Positions 62,397-64,000 of a stretch of 64,000 nt of DNA are shown here, one piece after another. Origin of the DNA: Lama guanicoe (taxonomy: Eukaryota); NCBI GenBank assembly GCA_013239625.1, contig MU054117.1, positions 1,056,001 to 1,120,000 of the forward strand, written 5' to 3'. Positions within the stretch are counted from its first letter, which is position 1. Each line of letters opens with the position of its first letter. The translations under genes were made by a program, and so were the position numbers. The notes below the pieces were generated by a model. The model made no database searches. It was given only the letters and a program-made list of their open reading frames with translations, and was not told where the DNA came from.

Positions 62397-63127
62397 GGCA
62401 GCCTCCTCCAGCGGCACCCCGGGGCCTCTTGAGAGGCTCTGAAAGGAATTCTTGTGCTGTGGGTTCGGGCTCCTCCCCGTTGGCTGGAGAAGATTCACAA
62501 GCCAGCAGGAGGCTGTGTGGTCTGAGGGCTGGACAGAGACCCAGGGGGTGCCTGGCTCTGCTCCACCAGGCCCCAGACCTCTGTCCCCTTGTGGTTGTGT
62601 GTGTGGTGAGCTGAGTTTGTGTGAGGGTGATCAGTGGTCCCGGAGCCATGTGGTCGGGGATCCGGACAGACGGCTTTGGCGAGGGAGTGTTTCCAAGTGC
62701 TGGGTCCAGATGGCAGGGCTGGTCTGACTGCACGTGAGTACCAGCAGATGGAGGCTGGACCCAACGTCTTTCTTAGGAGAGAGTTACAGAAGTGGCCCAA
62801 CCTCCACGCCACTCCATCCCCACCCCCTAAATGCAGACAGGGTGGGTAGGGCCACAGGTCAGAGCGTCCAGGCGTGATCACACCCGGGGCCAGAGGGGCA
62901 TGGGGGCGCTGGGTCCAGGAGCCTCTGCTCACACACACATCCTTTCTGCCCTGTGGTCCAGTGCTTCGGTGGCCCCGAGAGGGGTGTGAGCCCAGTGGTG
63001 GCTCCCAAAGACTCGGGAGGTCACGGAGACAGGCGTGGCCCGTGTGCCAGCAGGCTGGGAGGAAAGCGGAAAGGGAGGGATGCGGAGGGAGGGCTGGCCT
63101 GCTCCCCTGCCCCTCCTGCCAGGGCGC

Positions 63128-63697
<570 letters not shown>

Positions 63698-64000
63698 TCA
63701 GTCCTGGAGTCGCGTCCACGGGAGGGGAAGGGAGGGGAGACTAGCAGTTATCAGGGCAAGGGCCGCGGAAAGGAGGGACGCACATCAGGTCATTACCCCG
63801 TGTGGACGTTGCATAGGGTGGACAGTGTCCCTGTTTCCACTTTACAGAGCAGCACAAACAATTCTGTCTCACCTGTTCCCCAGAGTCAAAAGCCCCAGGT
63901 GCCCTACCCGGCCCGCAGTGCCCGGTGCTCCTTGCCCCAAATTCCTGCTGACCCTGCTGTGACAGCACAGTGTCCTGACCCCCTGAGCTCTTCCCGCTCA

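Larger units (their letters stand above)
61465..63127 (-). other. LRTM2: Probable LRTM2 3'UTR (3' end approximate)
   Basis: Runs from the stop codon to just past the first minus-strand AATAAA I found. Confidence 0.65.

Overview
GC-rich mammalian genomic DNA, not a prokaryotic or phage locus. The tRNA-derived SINE family and an artiodactyl-type L1 3' end suggest a camelid. The + strand carries coding exons 1-26 of CACNA2D4 (voltage-gated calcium channel alpha2delta-4 subunit, 14005..58862). I assembled these by hand from GT-AG boundaries into one open 2485-nt frame; the gene continues past the window. The last coding exon and 3'UTR of LRTM2 lie antisense inside CACNA2D4 intron 26. The rest is intronic or intergenic sequence with L1, L2, MIR, LTR and SINE relics, minisatellites and two N-gaps. 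Nearly all ORF-track entries are chance GC-rich ORFs. I found no new multi-gene system. Best oddities: (1) a 124-bp tandem duplication of the exon 23 acceptor plus most of exon 23, giving either a frameshifting decoy acceptor or an AG|GT recursive-splice point; (2) a 39-bp repeat built from the exon 5 acceptor, running into a gap; (3) a shifted exon 14 acceptor; (4) a hairpin next to the weak exon 5 donor; (5) three clustered CRX/OTX sites at the promoter; (6) two RFX X-boxes in intron 26. Items 1-3 could be assembly artefacts. Comparisons to human and repeat consensi are from memory, not from a search.
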